From a virus: DNA of 64,000 nucleotides. Location of the stretch: IMG/VR virus record IMGVR_UViG_3300021197_000933, positions 2,670 through 66,669 of that record; one strand, written 5' to 3'. Of the stretch, positions 1-9,096 are shown in pieces. Position 1 is the first letter of the stretch. The number at the start of each line of letters is the position of its first letter. The notes under the pieces were generated by a model, which saw only the letters and a list, made by a program, of their open reading frames with translations, searched no databases and was not told the origin of the DNA. The position numbers and the translations under genes were made by a program.

Positions 1-3000
1 CCGCCAGCGTGTAAAACGCAACCATATTCGCCATATGCCGCATACCTGCGTTGATCGTAGAGTCAGGGAAGAACACTTCGGTGTACCCGTGGGGATCACC
101 GCCACTCTTAGAAGCCGCGCGAATAGCACTGTAATAGTCACGCGTCGCCTTCTCTTTAAGCGAGAACGGTATCAAAACACCATCACGAGGACGCAAGTAT
201 GATGCCCGCTCAGACTTAGACGGTAGGGGTCGAACAAACTCTGAGAACGGTGCTGTTGATCTAGAGAACAGCTTCTTGCCGACGGCACTGTCAAACTCGT
301 ATCGAGAGCCTTGTACGACGTCCATCTGACGACCACGGAGCCACATGTTCATTCCGACGCGCACATCTTTAGGGACGTTACTGCCGTACTGATTGTAGAT
401 CTCATCCTTCAGCTTCATGTAGTCTTGATACAATCCGTCAGGTCCTGACTCTTGCAACGCGTCTGTGTCGACACCAAACTCGTCGGACACTGAGGACCAC
501 ATGATCTCAGTGAGAGCATCAGCGCCGCGACTGGTACCACGACGGATGACACCCATCCTGTAGACACCCGCAGGGCTAAACAGTGTGTCGAAGAACTGCC
601 GGTTCGCGTTCTTCTGGAAAGCCCAGAACGGAAGCGCAAGGCTGACAAGCCAGTGGCGATCCATCTTCGTCATACTACCCGCATAGTCATACAGAGCATC
701 AATGGTAAAACGAGCCGCCACTCGAGGCTCCATGCCCGTCTCCATCAAGGAAATCATAGCACCTAAACGCTCACGTTCTCCCCACGCCTCAGATGTGTCA
801 GCCACAACTTGAGTCAAGAAGTCATTAGCGCTCTCCGCAAAGTCTTTTGCTCGTGACATCGACCCACCCTGAGCTTTTATAGCCTGGGTGTTGGTGTCAA
901 TCATTGATCGACCCGCGCGCTGTACGGAGTTGGTCAGCTGGGTTGTGTCGAAACTCGCAAAGATACCCTCTTGAACTGCGACGTCCCTGATCTCTTTGTG
1001 CGAGTAGACGTTGCCGCCGACCCTGAAGAATCCCTTTTCGCCCTCTAAGATGGGGTTGACCTTGATGTGGTACTTAGACTTGGCGAACCAATCAGCGAGC
1101 TGGTCGCCTCCCTTCTGAAGGGTCTTACGCAACTTCTCAGCTGCGTCAGGCTCCAGCACTTTTGCTCTCGTCAGAGTGTCTATCGCACGGGCCAGACCCG
1201 GAAGCACCATTACATCTTGAGTAGCCAGCCTAAGTGTCGATGCAACTGCAGGCTGGAATCCGTTGATCATCGCCATCTGAGCAAAGTGATCAATCGTATT
1301 CATGAGGAAGTAACGCTGACGGAGCATGATGCCACCGCGTGTCATTCTTAGCTTGTTGTACCGAAGGATAGCACCTTGTATCCCCTTGATGTTGTCTTCT
1401 GCGCTAACGACATCAGGGTCGATACCACGAGCCAGGGTTTGAGACAGATTGTCTCGAGCTGACTTAGGGATGTAAAAGCTACCTCCCAGTAGCTCGTCCT
1501 CGACAAAACTCTCGCTCATACCGAATCGAGAAACCAGCTTCTTAACTGCGGGTACAGCTTCAGACGGTATGTCCTCTCCGTTAACCCACTTAACCATGTT
1601 AACGTAAGTGTCTTTGTCTACAGCCAATCCGAGTTGAGACCACAGCTTACGAGCTCGATCAGCGTGCCCGTGCGTTCCAATCAGAACCGCTATACGCATA
1701 GCAGAAGCTCTGTCGTAGAGCTCAGTTACGTCACCGATTAGTCCTTCCAGCTGAGCGCGAGCACTACCCGCAAACTTCTCACCGCCTCGCCGACTGTGGC
1801 CCATGTGGTACAAAACCGTTTCGGTAAACTGTACCCAGTCTTTAGGTACGGGGTTGTCCATTTTGGCGGTACCAGGTGCTACTGCCTCGAGCATCGCGCG
1901 AAGAAACTCAGGAGCTGAGGTCGATCGGAATACGCTGTTAAATGCCACCTCTGCGTCAACCTTAGAGCCCTCTTTACCCGCCGTCACAACGTTACCAAAG
2001 CTAAACGCCTCTAATGATCCACCATCTGCTGTGTGCTGAACAAGGTCGATCAAGTGCTGCATGTTGGGGTTGTTCTGCGACATGGTCGAAAAGAACTTAT
2101 TTATCTGCGAAAACACAGAGGTAGCAGAGTCGTGACCTGATGTGAGAACATCACGTCCACCCTTCACATACGTCACGTTCTTACCCGTCAAGAAGTCCAG
2201 CAAGTTTGCAGTGCCCTCAGGGGTGGTGGCCTCTCCCACCAAGCGGATACTTTCAGCTGTACCCTGCTTTACCTGACGAGTTGCCGTCTCGATGCTGTTT
2301 CGTATGACGGGATGTAACCCCTGTAAGCCCTTCTCAAGAACAACATCCCCGCCTATGAACGAGCTTTTAACTATCGCTCTAATCCGATTAGACGCGCCGT
2401 CGCCTCTCAGAAGCTGCTCAACACGCTGTGATGGAGACAGACCCCTGACCGCGTTGTTAAACGAGGTTGTCGCAGCTCCAGCTCCGTACGAGATCGATGC
2501 GAGAGCGATGTCGGCTCGCATCTTGTTGCCTAAGTCAACAAGGTCTTGAGAAGAGAACTCAGACCCACCTAAGCTACCGTACTCGGAGAATACAGACCCC
2601 TCGAGCTTGATAGACCCAGTATCCTCAAACTGCTTGATCAGCGTCTCGTAGTCTGCGCCATCAATACCTAAACGCCGCGCTTCTTCAGATATAGACTTGA
2701 TAAGATTGAACGTGTCGTCATCGGGACCAACCAGCGTCTTCTTTAACATCCTTGTAATGCGAGGTAGCAACGGCTCATCCGGCTGAGCTACCACTAAGAG
2801 GTTGTCAAACACCTGCTTCATCTCAGGAGTCACCTTAGCGCTGGGTGACAAGTACCGAATAGCCTGAGTCATGAACTGCTTCATGCTCTCGAATGCTGAC
2901 CTCAAGTCATCGACGGGAGGATCGCCGTCCTTAATGTACTGCTCAAATGCTTCTGCAAAGAACTCCTCTGCTTTGCGTACTTCGTCAGGCTCGCCAATAA

Positions 3001-6000
3001 AACGCCCGGCACGCACAGTTACATCAGCACCGAGAGACTTGACCCACCCACCGACCTTCTCAAAGTCTTCCGCATCGAGGTCACGTCGGAGAATGTGGCC
3101 CATCTCATGAATCAGAGTAGTGAAGTTAGGCTGCTCGAGCGCGTAGATAATGGCCTTACCATCTTCCAAGAACTCAGTAGCACCCTTGGCCAGGTCGTCA
3201 CCGGTACCCCCCTCAAAGTCCCGGCCAGTCTGATACAGAACGCGCGGGTCGGTCGGGTCATAGGTGCCGATGTTAAACGGAGACTTGATTTGTTCGCTTT
3301 TGAATGGAATGTAAACATCACTGACAATGTCGCTTGCGGGGTCATCCTTCACATTCTTGAAGATTACGCCATCGTGACCAGCACGACGGGCTTTAGCAAA
3401 CTCACCGGCTATGTCATCAATGCTTGAATCGAGCGGGGTAAAAAACGCCGTGGGGTCAAACTCGATAACCCGTGGATTTTTTATACTCAGGTACATAGGC
3501 ATGACATTTGCACCAGAAGTTATGGTGCGGGAGCCTCCTGTATCCGGGGAGATGTCGACTCCCCTACGTCGAGCCTCTTTGAACTCTCTCCCCCCGTATG
3601 ATTCCGCGTATGTGCTTGCGACTTCGGGGCGACTCGTAAAGTAAAAACCCTCTGCTGAGTCTACGTCACGAGTGGCCTCACTAAGAAACTTCTTATCAAA
3701 CGCGTCAAAGTCACCAGTAGTCCCGTGGTAAACCACCAACGGCTCACCCGCCTCATCGACTACCTTGGAGTCACCAAACCACGTCTTGAACTCAGGCGTG
3801 TCGGTCTTAGCGGCGACGGGCTCGGCTGCTTTCTTAAGCGAGTCAGCCTCAGCCACATACTGGCGTACCATAGCGCCGTCAGGAGCTCGAACCATCTTGC
3901 GAACAAGAGGAACGCCCTCAGAGATCAAACGCTCATAGACAGCAACCGCATCTCTACTGGGAGAAACATCACTGGCAAAGCCAAAGCCCTTATCACGAGC
4001 GTACTCCAAGGCGTTTCGATAAAGGTCAGCGCCAACACCACGTCCCCTCAGCTCCTCAGGAATGCTTACAGCATCAACAGAAAGCGCACCGTCCACAACC
4101 CTAAAGGTAAGGCCCTCACCGCCAGCTGCGCGAACAGCATCAGTGGTCAGCTCTACCAGACCCTCACCGATCTCCTTGAACTCAACCCCAAGCTGACGCT
4201 GTACACCCTGGAAGAATACCTCTGCGCCTTCACCTGTCGCGTCTAGCTGGTCACGGGCTAATGCCGGGGTAAGTCGCTCGGTGGAAGGTCGGGACCGACT
4301 GAGTCCAAGTTTACGACTTTCTTCTGGCTGTCGTACGCTGATTCGTAGAGTAACTCCATAATCTTCTCGGGCGGCAAGCTCGATAAGTCGTCGGTTGGCT
4401 TCTTCGGTGTAGGCGACTGCCCAGTCTCGGTTTGTAAACCCTGTTTTGTCTTTGGCTGCTTGGATTCTGGCACGGTTTGCTTTCCTTCTTGAGGGTCCGA
4501 GTACAAAACTACCGACGTCTTGCTTCCAAGCCCCGGTTTTTGCGAAGCTAGCGTTTCTTATTCTACCAGACTGGTCTAAGCTGTCAACTAGATCGTCGGT
4601 CATGTTGAGCTTGGTATTGATAGCTAACTCGCCCCAGCCGTCAGGGGCTTCGATTTTAATCATCGTTCCGTCAGGCCAAACAACACGCATCTCGTTGAGG
4701 TTGTTGTACGGCATAAACCCTAAGTCAGCTGTGCCGCCTGAGAACCAAGAGTAGTTCGGGTGGTTATGCGTAAACTGGGTGAACTTACCTAAAGAAAGTA
4801 CCCTAAACTCATCCGCCGTGAACGGTACTGACTTCTTAGTTCCCTTCGATCGGAAGAAAGAAACACCGTCAACCCAACCCGCACCATACTCAAAGTTGTA
4901 GCCGCCAATGGCCTGATCGACTGAGTCGACGTCCATACCAATGTTGATAGGCCCCACTTGGAGCGCGTGACCAATCTCTGTGTCTTCAGCTGAGCGTACG
5001 ATGACGCCATCATCGACTAACTTTTGAAGCGCGGTGCCCGTCACACTTGATAGATCGTCTCCCTCAGAGACAGCCTTACCGGTAGCTTCGTCGATTATCT
5101 TCCAGCTCTGGGGCTCTTCTACCAGAAAGCCCAGCTCTTCCAGTTCATCCAAGGCTTCTTGTATTCGCTGAGGGGGAGGTCTGCCAAGTGCACCATGTAG
5201 AAATGTAGGGTCTATTTTCCAGTCGCCGTAATCACTCCCATGTTTAGGTAGCTTGCCACGGAATAACCCTGGTCTTGCTCTACCGCTTATCAGAGAATAG
5301 ACAAGCTCTATCTCTTCGTCAGAAAAGAGCCGATTACCTGATTTGTCAACGTAATCCTCAAGACCTGCTGCCCTATTGCGCAACCCGTATTCTGGGGCAT
5401 CGTACTTTTTAGCCAGTATCTTGACGAGTTTACCCCTGATCAACTGCGGGTTGCCGACAAGCCTGGCTACTGTCCCACCTACACCGGCAAGTCTGTAGCC
5501 CGCAGGAAGCGCTGCTTGTGCTTGGTAGGCGGGGTGGTAAATATTAGAGAACACATTTCCTGAGTTCTCGAATCCAAACTTCGTAGCAAAGTCGCTCTTA
5601 GACTGGATACCCTCAAGCCGAGACTGCCACCATTGCTCCTTGGGTCGCTTAGTCTTCTGGTGCCATCTGTCAGCGGCTAAGTCAAAGATGCGAGCAGCGT
5701 CAATCGCCTCATCCTTACTTACACCGAAGAACTTAATCGCCTGATCCATAAAGCTGATGCCTTCGTCAGACAGCTCTTGGATCTCCTTGACCTTAGCCAC
5801 AGCCTCAGCAATGATCGGTGAGCTCTTTACACCCATCTCTCCGTGAATCAGAGATCGATCGAACGCATGAGCAATCGCACGGGACTCAATGTTAGTCTTG
5901 ATGGCCTCTTCGGCACGATCTACAAGCTTAGCCATTGTCTCAAAGTCACCGGCTTCCTCGATAGCTTCGCGTGCCACTACCAGCATCGTATCGGTCAGGC

Positions 6001-8119
6001 CAACGTCGTCGGCTGAACCATAGACGCTGTCGAATAGTTTCTTGCCGTCTTCACCCAAGCCTGAAAGAGCTTGGTCGGCGGCTTTTCGTACATTTTTTAC
6101 CCAGTCCACAGGGTGACGCGCCAGAAGTGTGTAGTCTTCCAACGCTTTTGACACGGCACGTGCCGCATCAGGCGAAAGCTTTCTTATGTCGTCCGTGAGC
6201 TCGATCAGAACTCGCGCAGGGTTACCCTCTCCGACCATGGCTTTACGTACGAAGCGAGCGTAGATGGCGCTGTCTTTGGCGTTGATAAGAGCACGCATCT
6301 TACCTACTTCGTCGAGCTGGTCACCGTAGTTGTAGACGCGACGGTACTCAATACCAGCAGCCTCTTGGAAGCTACCTTCTTTGACATTAGCGCCACCCTG
6401 TCGAGCCTGCCTACGGCGAACTGAGGGGTGAAGGTTCATGCGCTCATCACCAAGACGACCAGGAAGGCTGTCAGCCAGCTTGTTACCCTCCTTAGTCGCC
6501 AAGATATCCGGGTTGTCTCTACCGAGCCGTCGAGCCGCGTCAAAGTCAGACTGGTCGACTCGATCCATCGCGACCCCTGCCTTTTGGCGTATTTCAGCAG
6601 CAGCCTCCCCGCCTTCAGCGAGAACCTTTTTCTCTGCGGGAGTGATAACGGAAGGCGCTAACGCATCTATCTGATCAGCAATCGCGATGCCCTCATCTAC
6701 CAACGAGCCGTCACCTCGAGCAAGACCCTCAGCCAGTTTCGTCGCCGCCTGCTCGTGTAAGTCAGCAATCTGAGTCAGCTTTTTTGCGTTAACAAACTTA
6801 CCCAGTCGTATAGCTCCCTGCTTGTACGCACTGGCAGCGCCAAAGGTCAAGTCGGGCATAAGCACCGACCCTAAGAATCCAGCAAAGCCCAAGCTGACTT
6901 TAGCTGCCGTATTCGTGCTGGCTAAGTCTGAGTCAACTGCCGCCTCGAATAGGTTCCTGCGCTTAGCCACACCACGCAGCATTCTCTGACCCAGATCCGC
7001 ATGGTCCTCAGTAAATGCCCCCACGAGGGCTGACTGAATCAAGTCGTTGATCTCAAAGCCCCATTGGAGACTTCCCTGGGATCTGAGAATAGGCTTGCTG
7101 TCTCTATCCAGACCTACAATCTCTACCGTGGGTAAGAACGCCTCGCCCCAGCTGACGTCATCCTTAGGCTTGCCGTCTTCACCCACAGACCCTGGGTCAC
7201 GGTATCGAACAAACGCGGGTGCCGTCCACATCCCGATTGTCTTCCACGTTGCAATCTCTTTTTTCGCCCGTGACGACGCTCGTGTGTACGCTTCTTCGTA
7301 CCGAGAATGGTCGCGTGTAATCCCCATGTCTTTGAGAATGTTCTCTGCACGTTTCGGGACGTACTGCTCTGCGCCCTGCTCCGCGTCTTTGTACTTGTCG
7401 CGTAGCTCAATCATCCGCATCATGCGCTTGTCGCCCTTCTTGGCAAGCTCTTCAAACGCGCTGTTAAGCGCCACCAACTCGCTATGCTGGCGGTCCCCAG
7501 GCTGCGTCATGTTCTTGACGTCTTCAGAGTCAGTACCGAAGAACCCTGCGACACTCTCTGTGTCAACCTTAGAATCCTCGTTCGGCAACAGTAGCTCAAG
7601 AGGGGTCTCTCCCGTCTTCTCTACGGTGCGGCCAATCTTAGCCTGAGCTCGGGCCTTGCCCAGCTGCATGATAGTTTCGCCACGTAAGGCAGTCTCACGC
7701 TGCTTCTCAGTCGTACCCGCAAGTGTGCGTGACTTAAGGCCCTCTATAATCTCGACTCTATCCTTACCCTCTCTCAGCTCAGAGAGGATCTTAGAAGGCT
7801 CGACCTGGAGCGTGTCAAGTTGCTTACCAAACTCTTCCTTAGTAAGACCTGATCGCTTACCATATCTGTCGATTGCTTTATCAAGAGTTTGTTTATCGAA
7901 AGACGGATCCGATCTGGTGCTGTGCGATTCTATATCGATCGAGCGGACGAAGTCACCTACGTCTAAGTCTCCGACCATGTAGGGGTCGGTCATCTTCTTT
8001 ACGACTGACGGGTCTAACTTCTTCAAGTACTTCGCGGGTATCTTAGCTTCCTGCGGCGCCTCAACCTCTTCGGCATCTGACGTCTTTTGATCAGCTGGAT
8101 TAGGTGTAGGCTCAGCCAT
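1..8119 (-). CDS. Giant (>2,700 aa, 3'-truncated) polyvalent/internal virion protein with JAB, ART-PolyVal-like and zincin metallopeptidase domains
   Basis: ATG at 8119 (MAEPTPNPADQ). Hand-translated segments at 7.6-8.1 kb, 4.2-5.0 kb, 3.0-3.8 kb and 2-40 are all in one open frame. It is absent from the ORF track, which fits an ORF with no stop inside the window. Motifs: THNHPNYSWFSGGTAD, FKTWFGDSKVVDEAGEPLVVYHGT..GFYFT, LIHEMGH..EEFFAEAF. Confidence 0.9.
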   Translation of the reverse strand, partial: MAEPTPNPADQKTSDAEEVEAPQEAKIPAKYLKKLDPSVVKKMTDPYMVGDLDVGDFVRSIDIESHSTRSDPSFDKQTLDKAIDRYGKRSGLTKEEFGKQLDTLQVEPSKILSELREGKDRVEIIEGLKSRTLAGTTEKQRETALRGETIMQLGKARAQAKIGRTVEKTGETPLELLLPNEDSKVDTESVAGFFGTDSEDVKNMTQPGDRQHSELVALNSAFEELAKKGDKRMMRMIELRDKYKDAEQGAEQYVPKRAENILKDMGITRDHSRYEEAYTRASSRAKKEIATWKTIGMWTAPAFVRYRDPGSVGEDGKPKDDVSWGEAFLPTVEIVGLDRDSKPILRSQGSLQWGFEINDLIQSALVGAFTEDHADLGQRMLRGVAKRRNLFEAAVDSDLASTNTAAKVSLGFAGFLGSVLMPDLTFGAASAYKQGAIRLGKFVNAKKLTQIADLHEQAATKLAEGLARGDGSLVDEGIAIADQIDALAPSVITPAEKKVLAEGGEAAAEIRQKAGVAMDRVDQSDFDAARRLGRDNPDILATKEGNKLADSLPGRLGDERMNLHPSVRRRQARQGGANVKEGSFQEAAGIEYRRVYNYGDQLDEVGKMRALINAKDSAIYARFVRKAMVGEGNPARVLIELTDDIRKLSPDAARAVSKALEDYTLLARHPVDWVKNVRKAADQALSGLGEDGKKLFDSVYGSADDVGLTDTMLVVAREAIEEAGDFETMAKLVDRAEEAIKTNIESRAIAHAFDRSLIHGEMGVKSSPIIAEAVAKVKEIQELSDEGISFMDQAIKFFGVSKDEAIDAARIFDLAADRWHQKTKRPKEQWWQSRLEGIQSKSDFATKFGFENSGNVFSNIYHPAYQAQAALPAGYRLAGVGGTVARLVGNPQLIRGKLVKILAKKYDAPEYGLRNRAAGLEDYVDKSGNRLFSDEEIELVYSLISGRARPGLFRGKLPKHGSDYGDWKIDPTFLHGALGRPPPQRIQEALDELEELGFLVEEPQSWKIIDEATGKAVSEGDDLSSVTGTALQKLVDDGVIVRSAEDTEIGHALQVGPINIGMDVDSVDQAIGGYNFEYGAGWVDGVSFFRSKGTKKSVPFTADEFRVLSLGKFTQFTHNHPNYSWFSGGTADLGFMPYNNLNEMRVVWPDGTMIKIEAPDGWGELAINTKLNMTDDLVDSLDQSGRIRNASFAKTGAWKQDVGSFVLGPSRRKANRARIQAAKDKTGFTNRDWAVAYTEEANRRLIELAAREDYGVTLRISVRQPEESRKLGLSRSRPSTERLTPALARDQLDATGEGAEVFFQGVQRQLGVEFKEIGEGLVELTTDAVRAAGGEGLTFRVVDGALSVDAVSIPEELRGRGVGADLYRNALEYARDKGFGFASDVSPSRDAVAVYERLISEGVPLVRKMVRAPDGAMVRQYVAEADSLKKAAEPVAAKTDTPEFKTWFGDSKVVDEAGEPLVVYHGTTGDFDAFDKKFLSEATRDVDSAEGFYFTSRPEVASTYAESYGGREFKEARRRGVDISPDTGGSRTITSGANVMPMYLSIKNPRVIEFDPTAFFTPLDSSIDDIAGEFAKARRAGHDGVIFKNVKDDPASDIVSDVYIPFKSEQIKSPFNIGTYDPTDPRVLYQTGRDFEGGTGDDLAKGATEFLEDGKAIIYALEQPNFTTLIHEMGHILRRDLDAEDFEKVGGWVKSLGADVTVRAGRFIGEPDEVRKAEEFFAEAFEQYIKDGDPPVDDLRSAFESMKQFMTQAIRYLSPSAKVTPEMKQVFDNLLVVAQPDEPLLPRITRMLKKTLVGPDDDTFNLIKSISEEARRLGIDGADYETLIKQFEDTGSIKLEGSVFSEYGSLGGSEFSSQDLVDLGNKMRADIALASISYGAGAATTSFNNAVRGLSPSQRVEQLLRGDGASNRIRAIVKSSFIGGDVVLEKGLQGLHPVIRNSIETATRQVKQGTAESIRLVGEATTPEGTANLLDFLTGKNVTYVKGGRDVLTSGHDSATSVFSQINKFFSTMSQNNPNMQHLIDLVQHTADGGSLEAFSFGNVVTAGKEGSKVDAEVAFNSVFRSTSAPEFLRAMLEAVAPGTAKMDNPVPKDWVQFTETVLYHMGHSRRGGEKFAGSARAQLEGLIGDVTELYDRASAMRIAVLIGTHGHADRARKLWSQLGLAVDKDTYVNMVKWVNGEDIPSEAVPAVKKLVSRFGMSESFVEDELLGGSFYIPKSARDNLSQTLARGIDPDVVSAEDNIKGIQGAILRYNKLRMTRGGIMLRQRYFLMNTIDHFAQMAMINGFQPAVASTLRLATQDVMVLPGLARAIDTLTRAKVLEPDAAEKLRKTLQKGGDQLADWFAKSKYHIKVNPILEGEKGFFRVGGNVYSHKEIRDVAVQEGIFASFDTTQLTNSVQRAGRSMIDTNTQAIKAQGGSMSRAKDFAESANDFLTQVVADTSEAWGERERLGAMISLMETGMEPRVAARFTIDALYDYAGSMTKMDRHWLVSLALPFWAFQKNANRQFFDTLFSPAGVYRMGVIRRGTSRGADALTEIMWSSVSDEFGVDTDALQESGPDGLYQDYMKLKDEIYNQYGSNVPKDVRVGMNMWLRGRQMDVVQGSRYEFDSAVGKKLFSRSTAPFSEFVRPLPSKSERASYLRPRDGVLIPFSLKEKATRDYYSAIRAASKSGGDPHGYTEVFFPDSTINAGMRHMANMVAFYTLA
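4258..4473 (-). CDS. Possible nested out-of-frame small protein (71 aa) inside the giant ORF
   Basis: GTG at 4473 preceded by AAGAAGGAAAG. Protein-like sequence DDLSSLPPEKIMELLYESAY. Lies directly after the JAB domain. Confidence 0.35.
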   Translation of the reverse strand: MPESKQPKTKQGLQTETGQSPTPKKPTDDLSSLPPEKIMELLYESAYDSQKKVVNLDSVGPDLPPSDLPRH

Positions 8120-8127
8120 GCTTAGTC

Positions 8128-9096
8128 CTAAGTGTCAGTCTTTATAGGTGAGGTCAAGGCTAACGCATTATCAGTTGTGTCACGTTGTTTTTGCACATGC
8201 TCTGCTATGCGCTTCAAATAGCCAAGTTGGGTCTTTTCGGCGTTTATCTTAGCCAACAAGTCCTGAGACTTTTCGCGGCTCCCCTCAAAATTTATCGGCT
8301 CATCGGACCCCGCTGCAGTCTCAAGTATGTCGGGTATGAGCGCCCTTACATCACCGATATGAAACTCTTTTCGGTCCTTCGGAGCAACACTACTTCTCAA
8401 AGACGGGAGCAAACCCGAGTTTTCTGGGTCTGTAAACCTCCCGCCGTATCCCATAAACGGGGTGTTCCTAAACTGCGTTTCTAGCTTTTTAACCCGAGCT
8501 TCTTTAGCCTCGACGGCTCCCATAGCCCCCGTATCGTCGGGGTTATCGGGGTCACCTTTCAGAGATTTGTCGAGTGAATCAAGCTTCTTCGTGAGCCTAG
8601 CAAACGCCGCTTCTTTAGTACTGTAGGTACCGAATCTGGGCGAGTTAGGGTTTGTCGCCTTTACAGGTTTTGTGCCTGTACTTGGTAATATAAACCCTGC
8701 GGGCTTGATCTCTGTATCGACCCTCATCGGTCTGAGCTCGCCCTTGTTGATACGCAAGCTACCTGCACTTTCAGTGGGCTCTGGAATCGTAAAGGGTTCG
8801 TCGCTACCAGGTGTTCGAGTCTCACCCGTAACCGACCGTACTTCTCTACTGGGTAGCCTCTTACCTGACGCGTTTAGCTTGCGCTGCTCTTCTTCCGTTA
8901 GAGGTTTGCCCTTAGGCGGGGCCGTAGTCGTAGGCGGGGGCGGGGCGTTACCCCTACCTTTACCTTTACCTTTACCTTTACCTTTACCACCCGTGCCCGT
9001 TTCCTCGTCGGTGTCCTCGTCGGTGTCGGTGGGGGTCGGCTTTACCGCTACCTCTACCGGATCATCAAACATGGAGTCGTCTGCTCTTTTCGCCAT
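8128..9096 (-). CDS. Putative internal virion/ejection protein with low-complexity N-terminus
   Basis: 322-aa ORF coupled to the upstream gene, between the tail genes and the giant protein. Confidence 0.6.
   Translation of the reverse strand: MAKRADDSMFDDPVEVAVKPTPTDTDEDTDEETGTGGKGKGKGKGKGRGNAPPPPTTTAPPKGKPLTEEEQRKLNASGKRLPSREVRSVTGETRTPGSDEPFTIPEPTESAGSLRINKGELRPMRVDTEIKPAGFILPSTGTKPVKATNPNSPRFGTYSTKEAAFARLTKKLDSLDKSLKGDPDNPDDTGAMGAVEAKEARVKKLETQFRNTPFMGYGGRFTDPENSGLLPSLRSSVAPKDRKEFHIGDVRALIPDILETAAGSDEPINFEGSREKSQDLLAKINAEKTQLGYLKRIAEHVQKQRDTTDNALALTSPIKTDT
8955..8988. repeat. (TACCTT)x5.7 coding microsatellite (Gly-Lys repeat)
   Basis: Seen directly; encodes GKGKGKGKGKG. Confidence 0.9.

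Noticed and set aside
415-8000. Many short ORFs listed in the track over 0.4-8 kb
   Set aside because: They are shadow frames of the single giant minus-strand ORF. Only 4258-4473 has independent support.
8955-8988. Phase-variable microsatellite
   Set aside because: The hexamer unit keeps the frame, so this is a simple Gly-Lys linker.
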